A stretch of DNA of 64,000 nucleotides from Clostridiaceae bacterium (lineage in GTDB: Bacteria; Bacillota; Clostridia; Saccharofermentanales; Saccharofermentanaceae), in contig JAAYFK010000049.1 of assembly GCA_012728275.1 (NCBI GenBank), positions 77,163 to 141,162 on the forward strand, given 5' to 3'. Below, in pieces: positions 56,160 through 64,000 of this stretch. The notes below the pieces were generated by a model. The model made no database searches, was not told where the DNA came from, and saw nothing but the letters and a program-made list of their open reading frames with translations. The stretch's first letter is position 1. Each line of letters starts with the position of its first letter. The translations under genes and the position numbers were made by a program.

Positions 56160-57383
56160 ATGGAAAATATCGAAGAGCTTAATGAATCCTATATTGCGCT
56201 TCCTCAGGGCTTTAAGGCCTCTGGATGCTGCGCTGATCTTAAAGGTAACGGTGCACTCGATGTTGCGTTAGTTGCTTCAGACATTCCCAGCACTGTCGCG
56301 GGAGTATATACAACCAATTTAGTAAAAGGTCATTCACTTCAACGTAGCATAAAATTGTTGAATTCAGGCAAGACTTTTCGAGCCATTGTAGTAAATGCGA
56401 AAAATGCTAATGCTTGTGTCGGTCAACAAGGTGAGGACGACGCGAACGCTATAGCTGCTATGATTGCAAAGAAATTGAATTGTCAACCTGAGGAAGTTCT
56501 GACCGCCTCAACGGGAATAATTGGTATCAGAATGCCCGTAGATAATGTTCTTAACGTGGCCCCTTCCCTAGTATCGTCTTTAAGCAACAGTCCTGAGGCC
56601 TCTCACAACGCTATGAGCGCCATGATGACAACGGATACTATCCCTAAGGAAGTTAGCGCCAAAGTAACACTTAAGGGTGGCAATGCGGTCACAATAAGCG
56701 GAATGGCTAAAGGTTCAGGAATGATTCATCCAAACCTTGCTACGATGATTGGAATTTTTACAACCGATGCAATGATTGATAGGGAATTATTAAGTTCAAT
56801 GCTCAAGAAGGCGGTGTCTCATACTTTTAATCGTGTTAGTGTTGATGGAGATACATCAGTTTGCGATTCCGTAATGATTTTTGCGAATGGTGCTAGCGGT
56901 ATCAAGATAGAAGAAGGAAGTGATGATGCAATTCTTTTCGAAGAGGCATTATCGAATCTCTCTAACGATATTGCTAGGATGATTGCTTCCGATGGTGAAG
57001 GTGCAACTAAACTCATTGAAATCGTGGTCCATGGAGCAAAGACCGAGAAGGACGCTAAGCTTGTAGTGACCTCCGTAGCAAGATCTCCTCTTGTTAAGAC
57101 AGCAATTTTTGGTATGGATGCCAACTGGGGTCGTGTTTTAACAGCTGTTGGATACTCAGGTGCGGATTTTGATCCAAACAAGGTCAGTATTAAGCTTTGC
57201 GGAGTTAAGGTGTGCGAGAATGGTAATGCTGCCGAATACAATGAGGAAGACGTAAAAGAGCTTCTTCATGAACACGATATTAGTATTGATATTGATTTGA
57301 AGGATGGAGAATTCGATGATCGTATGTATACTTGTGATTTTTCCTACGATTACGTTAAGATCAATGGCAGTTACAGAAGTTAG
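56160..57383 (+). CDS. argJ: Bifunctional ornithine acetyltransferase/N-acetylglutamate synthase
   Basis: NAKNANA, STGIIG, MMTTDT, GMAKGSGMIHPNLATM (autocleavage Thr), DGEGATK, NWGR, YVKINGSYRS. Confidence 0.96.
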   Translation: MENIEELNESYIALPQGFKASGCCADLKGNGALDVALVASDIPSTVAGVYTTNLVKGHSLQRSIKLLNSGKTFRAIVVNAKNANACVGQQGEDDANAIAAMIAKKLNCQPEEVLTASTGIIGIRMPVDNVLNVAPSLVSSLSNSPEASHNAMSAMMTTDTIPKEVSAKVTLKGGNAVTISGMAKGSGMIHPNLATMIGIFTTDAMIDRELLSSMLKKAVSHTFNRVSVDGDTSVCDSVMIFANGASGIKIEEGSDDAILFEEALSNLSNDIARMIASDGEGATKLIEIVVHGAKTEKDAKLVVTSVARSPLVKTAIFGMDANWGRVLTAVGYSGADFDPNKVSIKLCGVKVCENGNAAEYNEEDVKELLHEHDISIDIDLKDGEFDDRMYTCDFSYDYVKINGSYRS

Positions 57384-57395
57384 TTCAATTGCATT

Positions 57396-57439
57396 AAAAA
57401 AAATAAGAGTGTGTAGGAATTCAACTACACACTCTTTTT
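57396..57439. terminator. Bidirectional terminator between argJ and clp
   Basis: A8...AAGAGTGTGTAG-N8-CTACACACTCTT-TTT. Confidence 0.85.
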
Positions 57440-57473
57440 ATTGCACTATTTTTGAACACTTCCCTCGAAAATA

Positions 57474-60014
57474 TTAATCCTTTGAGTCTTCCTTCTTTTG
57501 CTTCTTCGAAGCCTTTTCGGGAAGAACTACCACAATAGAATCATCTTCTTTCGTCTTGGTTATTTTAATCACAAAATCAGGCGAAACATAATCGATATAT
57601 ACTTCAAGCGCGTCATTCAGCTTGCCGTTCAAATACATGTCGGTTAGCTTGTCCTCAATATTTTTGCGTATAGAACGACGCAAAGGTCTTGCACCAAACT
57701 TGGTATCGTATCCAACTACAGATAGTCTGTCTAATGCCGCATCACTAATAGAACCAGTAATACCCTTTTGCTGAAGCGAAGCGAAAACCTCCTTCATCAT
57801 GATGGATGAAATCTTCCTGATCTCTTCCTTAGTCAACGGTCTAAAAATAACGGTATCGTCAACTCTATTCAAAAACTCAGGTCTAAAAGTCTCCTTAAGC
57901 GCTGAAGAAACCGAAGACTCCAAAGCCTCTTGAGTATTATTAAAAAATCCAATTGTTGCAGCTTTAGAAGTGTTTCCAACGTTTGAAGTCATAATTACTA
58001 TTGTATTCTCGAAGTTAACCTTAGTTCCATGACTATCAGTCAATCTACCCTCATCTAGTAGTTGCAAAAGTAAATTGAACACATCCGGATGAGCCTTCTC
58101 AATCTCATCGAAAAGAACTACTGAATAAGGTTTCCTTCTAACTTGCTCAGTTAACTGGCCAGCATCCTCGTGTCCAACATATCCTGGAGGCGAACCAATC
58201 ATCTTGCTAACAGAATGGGACTCCATATACTCAGACATGTCAATCCTAATTAATGCCTCTTCCGTATCAAACATCACTTCAGCAAGCGCCTTAACTAACT
58301 CCGTCTTTCCAACTCCTGTTGGTCCAACGAAAATGAAAGAGGCTGGCTTATGCAACTTTGTAAAGCCTGAACGATTACGTCTAACAGCATCAGCCACAGC
58401 CTTAACAGCTTCGTCCTGACCTACTACTCTCTCATGTAATCTACTCTCAAGATTAATTAATTTCTGTGTTTCAGTCTCAGAGATTGACTTTAGTGGAATG
58501 CCAGTCCACATCTCGATTACTCGAGCAATATCTTCAACTTGAATAGGATCAGGAGAAATAACGCTCTCTAACTGATCAACCTCAGATTGAAGTCTCTCCA
58601 TCTCGACTTTTAACTCAGCAATCTTCTCATAATTTGCTTCTTGCTCTTCAGCAGGAGAAGAAGATACCTTCTCGCTCAAGTTATTATATTGAGTAGTAAT
58701 CTTTTGTAGTTTCTCTTTTGTATTTGAAAGCTTACAAAGCTTAACATTCTCAAGATTTGCTCTTGAACCTGCCTCATCAATCAAATCGATAGCTTTGTCT
58801 GGCAAAAATCTATCAGTTATGTATCTCTTAGATGACTTAACCGCAAATTCAATTACCTCATTAGAATAAGTGACATTATGATGTTTCTCATAATAATCCT
58901 TAATTCCATTAAGAATATCTATTGAGGTTTCAATTGAAGGTTCATCAAGAATAACCTTCTGAAATCTTCTCTCAAGCGCAGAATCCTTCTCAATCTTCCT
59001 ATACTCTTCCGTAGTTGTAGATCCAAGTATTCTAAGCTCGCCTCTAGCAAGAGATGGTTTAAGAATATTAGCTGCATTTGTAGATCCTTCAGAATCGCCA
59101 GCGCCCATTATTGTATGAAGCTCATCTATTACTAGAATAATATTCTCTTCCCTAACCGCTTCATTAATCACGCCCTTAATTCTACTCTCAAACTGTCCTC
59201 TAAACTGAGTACCAGCTACCATAGCAGGAAGGTCTAATTGCCATACTTGCATATTAAGAAGCTTAGGAGGAACATTTCCTTCTACAATCTTAAGCGCCAA
59301 TCCTTGAGCAACAGCTGTCTTTCCAACTCCCGGAGCACCTATTAAAACAGGATTATTCTTAGTTCTCCTATTTAGAATCTGAACGACTCGCTCTATTTCT
59401 TTGTCTCGACCAAGGATTCTATCAATCTTGCCTTCAATAGCTCTACTTGTCAGATTTGTACCAAACTCACTTAAATACTTAAGTCTTCTTCCCGGGCGTC
59501 TCTTGTTTTGCTTATTACCAAAATTCGCGAAAGGATTAAACTGTTTCCCTGGTTCTTCATTCTTTGAAGATGACTCACCTTCACTATTATCTGAACTATC
59601 AGAAGTAATATCCGCTACTCCAGTTCTAGAACTATCCTCATCAAACTCATAGAAGCTTTCGGAATCCTTATCTGAATCACCTTCAGAATCATCTTCATCA
59701 TCATACTCTTCAGAATCGTTATACTCTGATGAGTCATAATCTGAATCAATTTCATTATCAACAATTGACTTGAAAAACTGGACAGGGTCAGATGATGATT
59801 CACCCGCTCCTCCTATCATATCTTCAACTCTATCACTCATTTCATCTATATTGTCGGCATTAATTCCAGCTGCCGTGAACATCTCACTAATCCCAGACAA
59901 TCCTGACTCATAAGCACACTTTATACAATAGCCCTCATCTAAGCGCTTACCATCGTCGTATCGACTTGTAAATACTATTGCAACTCTCTTTTTACATTTT
60001 GAACATAATGACAT
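57474..60014 (-). CDS. Class I Clp/Hsp100 ATPase with N-terminal Zn-finger (ClpE-like) and long acidic linker
   Basis: CSKC...CIKC; NBD1 GAPGVGKT, IDELH; NBD2 GPTGVGKT, FDEIEKAH; IGF ClpP-docking loop (TIGFF); no Clp_N repeats recognised. Confidence 0.88.
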   Translation of the reverse strand: MSLCSKCKKRVAIVFTSRYDDGKRLDEGYCIKCAYESGLSGISEMFTAAGINADNIDEMSDRVEDMIGGAGESSSDPVQFFKSIVDNEIDSDYDSSEYNDSEEYDDEDDSEGDSDKDSESFYEFDEDSSRTGVADITSDSSDNSEGESSSKNEEPGKQFNPFANFGNKQNKRRPGRRLKYLSEFGTNLTSRAIEGKIDRILGRDKEIERVVQILNRRTKNNPVLIGAPGVGKTAVAQGLALKIVEGNVPPKLLNMQVWQLDLPAMVAGTQFRGQFESRIKGVINEAVREENIILVIDELHTIMGAGDSEGSTNAANILKPSLARGELRILGSTTTEEYRKIEKDSALERRFQKVILDEPSIETSIDILNGIKDYYEKHHNVTYSNEVIEFAVKSSKRYITDRFLPDKAIDLIDEAGSRANLENVKLCKLSNTKEKLQKITTQYNNLSEKVSSSPAEEQEANYEKIAELKVEMERLQSEVDQLESVISPDPIQVEDIARVIEMWTGIPLKSISETETQKLINLESRLHERVVGQDEAVKAVADAVRRNRSGFTKLHKPASFIFVGPTGVGKTELVKALAEVMFDTEEALIRIDMSEYMESHSVSKMIGSPPGYVGHEDAGQLTEQVRRKPYSVVLFDEIEKAHPDVFNLLLQLLDEGRLTDSHGTKVNFENTIVIMTSNVGNTSKAATIGFFNNTQEALESSVSSALKETFRPEFLNRVDDTVIFRPLTKEEIRKISSIMMKEVFASLQQKGITGSISDAALDRLSVVGYDTKFGARPLRRSIRKNIEDKLTDMYLNGKLNDALEVYIDYVSPDFVIKITKTKEDDSIVVVLPEKASKKQKKEDSKD

Positions 60015-60015
60015 T

Positions 60016-63006
60016 CTATATCCCACTCTCTCTTACTTTTCTTCTGACACGAGGACCAGTTGCGATGTCGTATGCCTCCTCCTCGAGTCTAGATGCATCA
60101 ATAAAGGTAGATATCTTAGCATATTGATTACTCTTCTTTGCTCTCTGAAGAATAGGCTTAAGATACTGTCCCGTATATGATGCCTTCACATTACATATAT
60201 CTTCCGGTTTACCCTTTGCGACAATTGTGCCGCCTCCATCTCCACTTTCAGGGCCCAAATCAATAATATAATCGCTTGACTTGATTACGTCAAGATTGTG
60301 CTCTATTACTACAACAGTGTTTCCATTCTGAGTTAGTCGCTGCAATATGTCAACAAGCTTATGAACATCTGCAATATGAAGCCCTGTAGTAGGCTCATCA
60401 AGAACATACATAGTTTTGCCTGTGGAATGCCTTGAGAGTTCCGCTGAAAGTTTGATTCTTTGAGCCTCACCACCAGAAAGCTGTGTCGACGGCTGTCCTA
60501 GCTTGATATATCCTAGACCAACATCTCTCATAGTTCTTATCTTTTTGAAAATAGAAGGAACATTCTCGAAAAATACACACGCATCATCAACTGACATGTC
60601 TAGAACATCCGAGATATTCTTTCCTTTATACTTAACTTCCAGCGTCTCACGATTATATCTCTTTCCCTTACAAACATCGCACTTCACATATACATCTGGT
60701 AAGAAATGCATCTCTATCTTATTAACGCCATCTCCAGAACATGCTTCGCAACGTCCGCCCTTTACATTGAAACTAAATCTACCTTTCTTATAGCCTCTGC
60801 TTCTTGCATCGCTAGTATTGGCATACAAGTCTCTGATGAGATCAAAAACTCCAATATAGGTAGCAGGATTACTTCTAGCCGACTTACCAATTGGTGATTG
60901 ATCTATACAGATAATCTTATCAAGCGAAGCATATCCCTTAATGTCACTACACTTGACTCGCTTCTTGCCTGCACCATTAAGTTTATTAGAAAGAACTGGA
61001 ACAAGTGTGGCATTAATTAATGAGCTTTTTCCAGAGCCAGAGACACCAGTAATACATGTAAACAGCTTCAAAGGAATATCTAGATCTATATTCTTTAAGT
61101 TATTTGCACAAGCCCCAATAATGGAAAGGTAACCATAATCCGGATTTCTTCGATCAGATGGAACAGGAATGTACTTCTTTCCAGACAAGTACTGTCCAGT
61201 TACTGAAGATTCAACCTCACAAATCTCTGCTGCCGTTCCCATAGCAACTACCTGACCACCATTGACTCCAGCACCAGGTCCAATATCAATTACTACATCA
61301 GCAGCTCTTATTGTATCTTCATCATGTTCAACAACCAGAACCGTATTACCTAGATCACGAAGTTTAAACAAAGTCTCAAGGAGCTTCGAATTATCTCTTT
61401 GATGAAGTCCTATAGAAGGCTCATCAAGAATATAGAGTACCCCTTTAAGACCTGAGCCAATCTGAGTTGCTAGTCTGATTCTTTGTGCCTCACCACCTGA
61501 AAGAGTTGCCGCAGCGCGACTTAAAGTAATGTATTCGAGTCCCACATCTAGAAGAAATTGCAGACGATCGTTAACTGCGCGAAGAATAGGCTCGGCTATT
61601 TGAGCATTACGCTTACTAAACGTAATCCCTTCAACAAAGCTCTTACACTCCTTAACTGACTTACTACACAACTTGGAGATATTTGTCTTATTAATCAACA
61701 CTGACAGACTCTCCTTGCAAAGCCTCATTCCCTTACAGGTAGGACACTCATCAATAATAAGATACTTCTCATAGTTCTCCTTCACTTCGTCTGTGAAGGC
61801 TTCTCGGTATCTTCTCATCACTCCAGGAACAAGTCCTTCCCAAGCGCTTAAGTATTCCTTGTCTCGTGCATAGACACTATTCGAAGTATCTATCTTCATC
61901 TTCTCACCATCATTGCCGTAAAGTATTAGGTCCTTCGCCTTCTTTGATAATTTCTTATAAGGAACATCTAGAGAGAATCCATACTTCTCGGACAAAGCAA
62001 CGATAAAACCTCTTCCCCAACTCTTCTTATCATCAAAATTCCATCCTGCTGTCCGGATTGCTCCTTCATTTATGGAAAGCTCAGGATTGGTAATACAGGT
62101 CTCTGGATCAACTCGTGTTAAAGATCCTAGCCCGGAACAATCTGGGCAAGCTCCGTATGGATTATTAAAAGAAAACATTCTTGGTGTTATCTCACCATAT
62201 GAAATACCACAATCTGGACATGACAAATTCTGAGAAAACAACTCCTCGCTTATGTCATACTCTCGTTCTCCCTCTTCAGAATCCTTGATAGTTTGAATCT
62301 CAGCCGACATAAGTCCTTCGGCCAACTTCAACGCCGTCTCACAAGAATCATTAAGACGTTGCTCTATTCCTTCTCTATTAACCAATCTATCTACGACAAC
62401 AGAAATCTCGTGTTTTGAGTTTTTATCAAGAGAAATCTCTTCATCAAGTTCATACATTGAACCGTCAATTCGAACCCTAACATATCCTTGCTTGCGATAC
62501 TCTTCAAGAAGCTTAACATATTCGCCCTTCTTACCACGCACTACTGGAGCCATAATAATCATACGTGTTCCTTCCGGATAAGAAAGAAGCTTAGTGGTAA
62601 TCTGATCAATAGTAAGAGATTTAATTGGCTTACCGCAAGAATAACAAACTGGCTGGCCAACTCTTGCATATAACAATCGAAAATAATCATAAATCTCTGT
62701 TACAGTACCAACTGTTGAACGTGGATTGCGACTTGTAGTCTTCTGGTCAATAGCTATTGAAGGAGACAATCCATCAATGCTATCTATATCAGGCTTCTCC
62801 ATTTGTCCAAGAAACATTCTTGCGTATGATGATAGTGACTCAACATATCTTCTTTGTCCTTCAGCAAAAATTGTATCAAAAGCTAGCGAACTCTTACCGC
62901 ACCCCGAAAGACCAGTTAATACCACTAATTTATCTCTAGGAATATCTAAGTTGATATTCTTCAAATTGTTTTCTCTTACGCCTCGTAAATGAATATAGTT
63001 ATCCAT
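60016..63006 (-). CDS. uvrA: Excinuclease ABC subunit A
   Basis: GLSGCGKSS and GVSGSGKSS Walker A motifs, two LSGGEAQR signatures, Zn fingers (CPDCG, CEACSG...CDVC). Confidence 0.97.
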   Translation of the reverse strand: MDNYIHLRGVRENNLKNINLDIPRDKLVVLTGLSGCGKSSLAFDTIFAEGQRRYVESLSSYARMFLGQMEKPDIDSIDGLSPSIAIDQKTTSRNPRSTVGTVTEIYDYFRLLYARVGQPVCYSCGKPIKSLTIDQITTKLLSYPEGTRMIIMAPVVRGKKGEYVKLLEEYRKQGYVRVRIDGSMYELDEEISLDKNSKHEISVVVDRLVNREGIEQRLNDSCETALKLAEGLMSAEIQTIKDSEEGEREYDISEELFSQNLSCPDCGISYGEITPRMFSFNNPYGACPDCSGLGSLTRVDPETCITNPELSINEGAIRTAGWNFDDKKSWGRGFIVALSEKYGFSLDVPYKKLSKKAKDLILYGNDGEKMKIDTSNSVYARDKEYLSAWEGLVPGVMRRYREAFTDEVKENYEKYLIIDECPTCKGMRLCKESLSVLINKTNISKLCSKSVKECKSFVEGITFSKRNAQIAEPILRAVNDRLQFLLDVGLEYITLSRAAATLSGGEAQRIRLATQIGSGLKGVLYILDEPSIGLHQRDNSKLLETLFKLRDLGNTVLVVEHDEDTIRAADVVIDIGPGAGVNGGQVVAMGTAAEICEVESSVTGQYLSGKKYIPVPSDRRNPDYGYLSIIGACANNLKNIDLDIPLKLFTCITGVSGSGKSSLINATLVPVLSNKLNGAGKKRVKCSDIKGYASLDKIICIDQSPIGKSARSNPATYIGVFDLIRDLYANTSDARSRGYKKGRFSFNVKGGRCEACSGDGVNKIEMHFLPDVYVKCDVCKGKRYNRETLEVKYKGKNISDVLDMSVDDACVFFENVPSIFKKIRTMRDVGLGYIKLGQPSTQLSGGEAQRIKLSAELSRHSTGKTMYVLDEPTTGLHIADVHKLVDILQRLTQNGNTVVVIEHNLDVIKSSDYIIDLGPESGDGGGTIVAKGKPEDICNVKASYTGQYLKPILQRAKKSNQYAKISTFIDASRLEEEAYDIATGPRVRRKVRESGI

Positions 63007-63041
63007 ATATAAACCTCAAATAGAATAAAATTGCTCAAAAA

Positions 63042-63055
63042 AGAATTTATGTTCG
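63042..63055 (-). promoter_or_regulatory. Candidate LexA (Cheo/SOS) box upstream of uvrA
   Basis: CGAAC-ATAA-ATTCT, one mismatch from the GAAC-N4-GTTC core, about 35 nt before the uvrA start. Confidence 0.45.
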
Positions 63056-63177
63056 TTTTTGCTCAATTCAGTTTATCATATTACTCTCTAAACTACATCA
63101 ATCTTATTGTAATTTTATCGAAAAATCGGACTTGCGTGTAAATACATCCTATGATAATATACTCGGGCAAGTAATAA

Positions 63178-63252
63178 GGCTCCATGGTCAAGCGGTTAAG
63201 ACGGCGCCCTCTCAAGGCGCAATCAGGAGTTCGATTCTCCTTGGAGTCACCA
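63178..63252 (+). tRNA. tRNA-Glu(CTC)
   Basis: GGCTCCA/TGGAGTC acceptor stem, GCGCC-CTCTCAA-GGCGC anticodon arm, encoded CCA. Confidence 0.95.
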
Positions 63253-63258
63253 TTATTG

Positions 63259-63290
63259 AAGTTCTACGTATTTAACGTAGAACTTTTTTT
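63259..63290 (+). terminator. Terminator after tRNA-Glu
   Basis: AAGTTCTACGT-N6-ACGTAGAACTT-TTTT. Confidence 0.85.
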
Positions 63291-63295
63291 CGCAC

Positions 63296-63325
63296 AAAAA
63301 AAGAGAACCAACAAGTGGTTCTCTT
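63296..63325 (-). terminator. Terminator after citrate synthase gene
   Basis: AAGAGAACCA-N5-TGGTTCTCTT with A-run on +. Confidence 0.7.
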
Positions 63326-63341
63326 ATAACATTGCCATTAC

Positions 63342-64000
63342 TTAGATGTTCGGATTCCTGTCTTCAAGATTAACGTACTGTCTTCTCTTGTTAACACATT
63401 TGTAAGCAGGTCTCATGATACGTCCGCCAGAAACAATCTCTTCGATTCTATGCGCAGACCATCCAGAGATTCTTGCACAAGCGAACAAAGGCGTAAACAA
63501 CTCAGGCGGAATTCCTAGCATGGAATAGATTAATCCAGCATAGTAATCTACATTCGCGCACATTATCTTGTCCGTACCCTTGTAATCGTTGAATACACCA
63601 GGAGCAAGTCTTTCGACAGTAGTATACAGCTTAAAAATCTTGGCATTACCAGTCTCATCAGCTAATTGCTGTGCATATTGACGAAGAAGCTTTGTGCGTG
63701 GATCAGACAAAGTATAAACAGCATGTCCAACTCCATAGATTAGTCCAGATTTGTCAAAGGCATTTTTCGAAAGGATTCTTACAAGATAATCCTTGATTTC
63801 TTCATCACTATCCCAGTCGTTTACATTTGCTTGAAGTTCTTGCATCATAGCGAAAGCTTTATTACTAGCTCCGCCGTGCTGTGGGCCCTTCAAGGAACCT
63901 ATTGCTGAAGCAATTACTGAGTAAGTATCAGAGCCTGTAGAAGATACAGCATGAGTTACAAAAGAAGAGTTATTGCCTCCTCCATGCTCAGCATGTAGAA
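63342..64000 (-). CDS. gltA: Citrate synthase, C-terminal part (starts outside the window)
   Basis: LHAEHGGGN, LKGPQHGGA, YGVGHAVY, DPR, NVDYY, RISGWSAH. Confidence 0.92.
   Translation of the reverse strand, partial: LHAEHGGGNNSSFVTHAVSSTGSDTYSVIASAIGSLKGPQHGGASNKAFAMMQELQANVNDWDSDEEIKDYLVRILSKNAFDKSGLIYGVGHAVYTLSDPRTKLLRQYAQQLADETGNAKIFKLYTTVERLAPGVFNDYKGTDKIMCANVDYYAGLIYSMLGIPPELFTPLFACARISGWSAHRIEEIVSGGRIMRPAYKCVNKRRQYVNLEDRNPNI

Noticed and set aside
60016-60140. About 40-aa C-terminal extension of UvrA
   Set aside because: Variable C-tails are common in UvrA and no motif was recognised

Overview
This is a 64-kb chromosomal segment from an AT-rich Firmicute, most consistent with Clostridia (inferred from gene content and sigma-A promoters, not from a database match). 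Most genes lie on the minus strand. The backbone is housekeeping: ftsK (partial), nudF, rnhA, proC, prfB, malic enzyme, glutamine synthetase, thrR-hom, rdgB, rsmF, argS, mraY, lysA, cobB, a type II topoisomerase pair, argJ, a ClpE-like ATPase, uvrA and citrate synthase (partial). There are nine tRNA genes (Trp, fMet, Leu, Arg, Gly, Lys, Gln, His, Glu). I saw no rRNA, CRISPR array, or intact transposase or integrase. The most interesting parts are: (1) a kinase-vWA-PP2C (TerY-P/YegILK-type) phospho-switch in which the kinase carries an extra PIN-like N-terminal domain, both enzymes have C-terminal membrane anchors, and a fourth charged gene follows; (2) a tightly coupled operon of a stand-alone Cache-like sensor, a Cache-like/MFS fusion and a membrane-anchored protein resembling only sigma-70 region 2; (3) an orphan HATPase-HndB fusion that has lost its Fe-S ligands but kept an internal RBS; (4) an FTR-like/rhodanese/CoA-disulfide-reductase sulfur-redox module next to an XRE-desulfoferrodoxin regulator; and (5) a decayed islet at tRNA-Trp bounded by a degenerate copy of the tRNA 3' end. 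All domain assignments are by motif recognition by eye; no searches were run.
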